Positions 63,992 to 64,000 of a DNA stretch of 64,000 nt are shown one piece after another. The notes under the pieces are model-generated. The model searched no databases. It saw only the letters and a list, made by a program, of their open reading frames with translations, and had not been told where the DNA came from. How positions within the stretch are numbered: the first letter of the stretch is position 1; each line of letters opens with the position of its first letter. Location of the stretch: IMG/VR virus record IMGVR_UViG_2595698411_000001, positions 37,241-101,240 of that record; one strand, given 5' to 3'. The position numbers and the translations under genes are program-made. This DNA comes from a virus (Duplodnaviria; Heunggongvirae; Uroviricota; Caudoviricetes; Schitoviridae).

Positions 63992-64000
63992 GTCGTAAGT

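Noticed and set aside
1-64000. CRISPR arrays, integrase/attachment sites and transposases.
   Set aside because: There are no regularly spaced direct repeats, no tyrosine- or serine-recombinase motifs, and no IS-like inverted repeats. The mobile elements present are homing-endonuclease-type only.

Overview
This window looks like part of an N4-like (Schitoviridae-type) podophage genome, about 42% GC. It has three parts. From 1 to 35 kb is an early/middle region of densely packed, co-oriented (+ strand) small genes. It contains a T7-like phage RNA polymerase II (RNAPII) encoded in pieces at 3.2-6.6 kb, a tRNA/tRNA-like non-coding island at 14.6-16.3 kb with one well-formed tRNA-Met(CAU), three GIY-YIG homing endonucleases and one HNH homing endonuclease, a DUF2829 (Tad2-like) small protein, a LuxR-type HTH regulator, and many small membrane or secreted proteins. 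From 35 to 53 kb is a DNA-metabolism/replication module: an rIIA-like GHKL ATPase, a RecB-like nuclease, a Sak4-like ATPase, an SSB-like protein, a CCA-adding-like nucleotidyltransferase, a Dda-like helicase, a family A DNA polymerase encoded as separate exo and pol ORFs, RusA, class I ribonucleotide reductase alpha and beta subunits, a ClpP-like protease, a MazG-like NTPase, thymidylate synthase ThyX, a dNMP kinase, an ATP-dependent ligase, an SLT lytic transglycosylase and a thioredoxin. At 53.4 kb the convergent late operon begins on the - strand with the giant virion RNA polymerase (vRNAP). The T7-like motifs T, A, B and C of vRNAP are recognisable with N4-like spacing. Its C-terminal ~1400-residue domain is a separate ORF.

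The main oddities, all traced through by hand, are these. (1) vRNAP is split exactly at the N4 mini-vRNAP/C-terminal-domain boundary. (2) The RNAPII catalytic-subunit gene is interrupted between motifs B and C by a GIY-YIG homing-endonuclease element, and the downstream piece has no ATG. (3) thyX is interrupted by a ~1.3 kb insert carrying HNH and GIY-YIG homing endonucleases, and also carries an in-frame ~100-aa insertion. (4) A third GIY-YIG endonuclease is flanked by a 27-nt duplication that has diverged only at synonymous positions. (5) Four tandem paralogs end in '...QLRKEQ' with a repeated 18-mer spanning each stop codon and the next gene's ribosome-binding site. (6) A cluster of T-arm-like motifs will not fold into canonical tRNAs. 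No tools were used, so every family assignment rests on motifs recognised in the translations.
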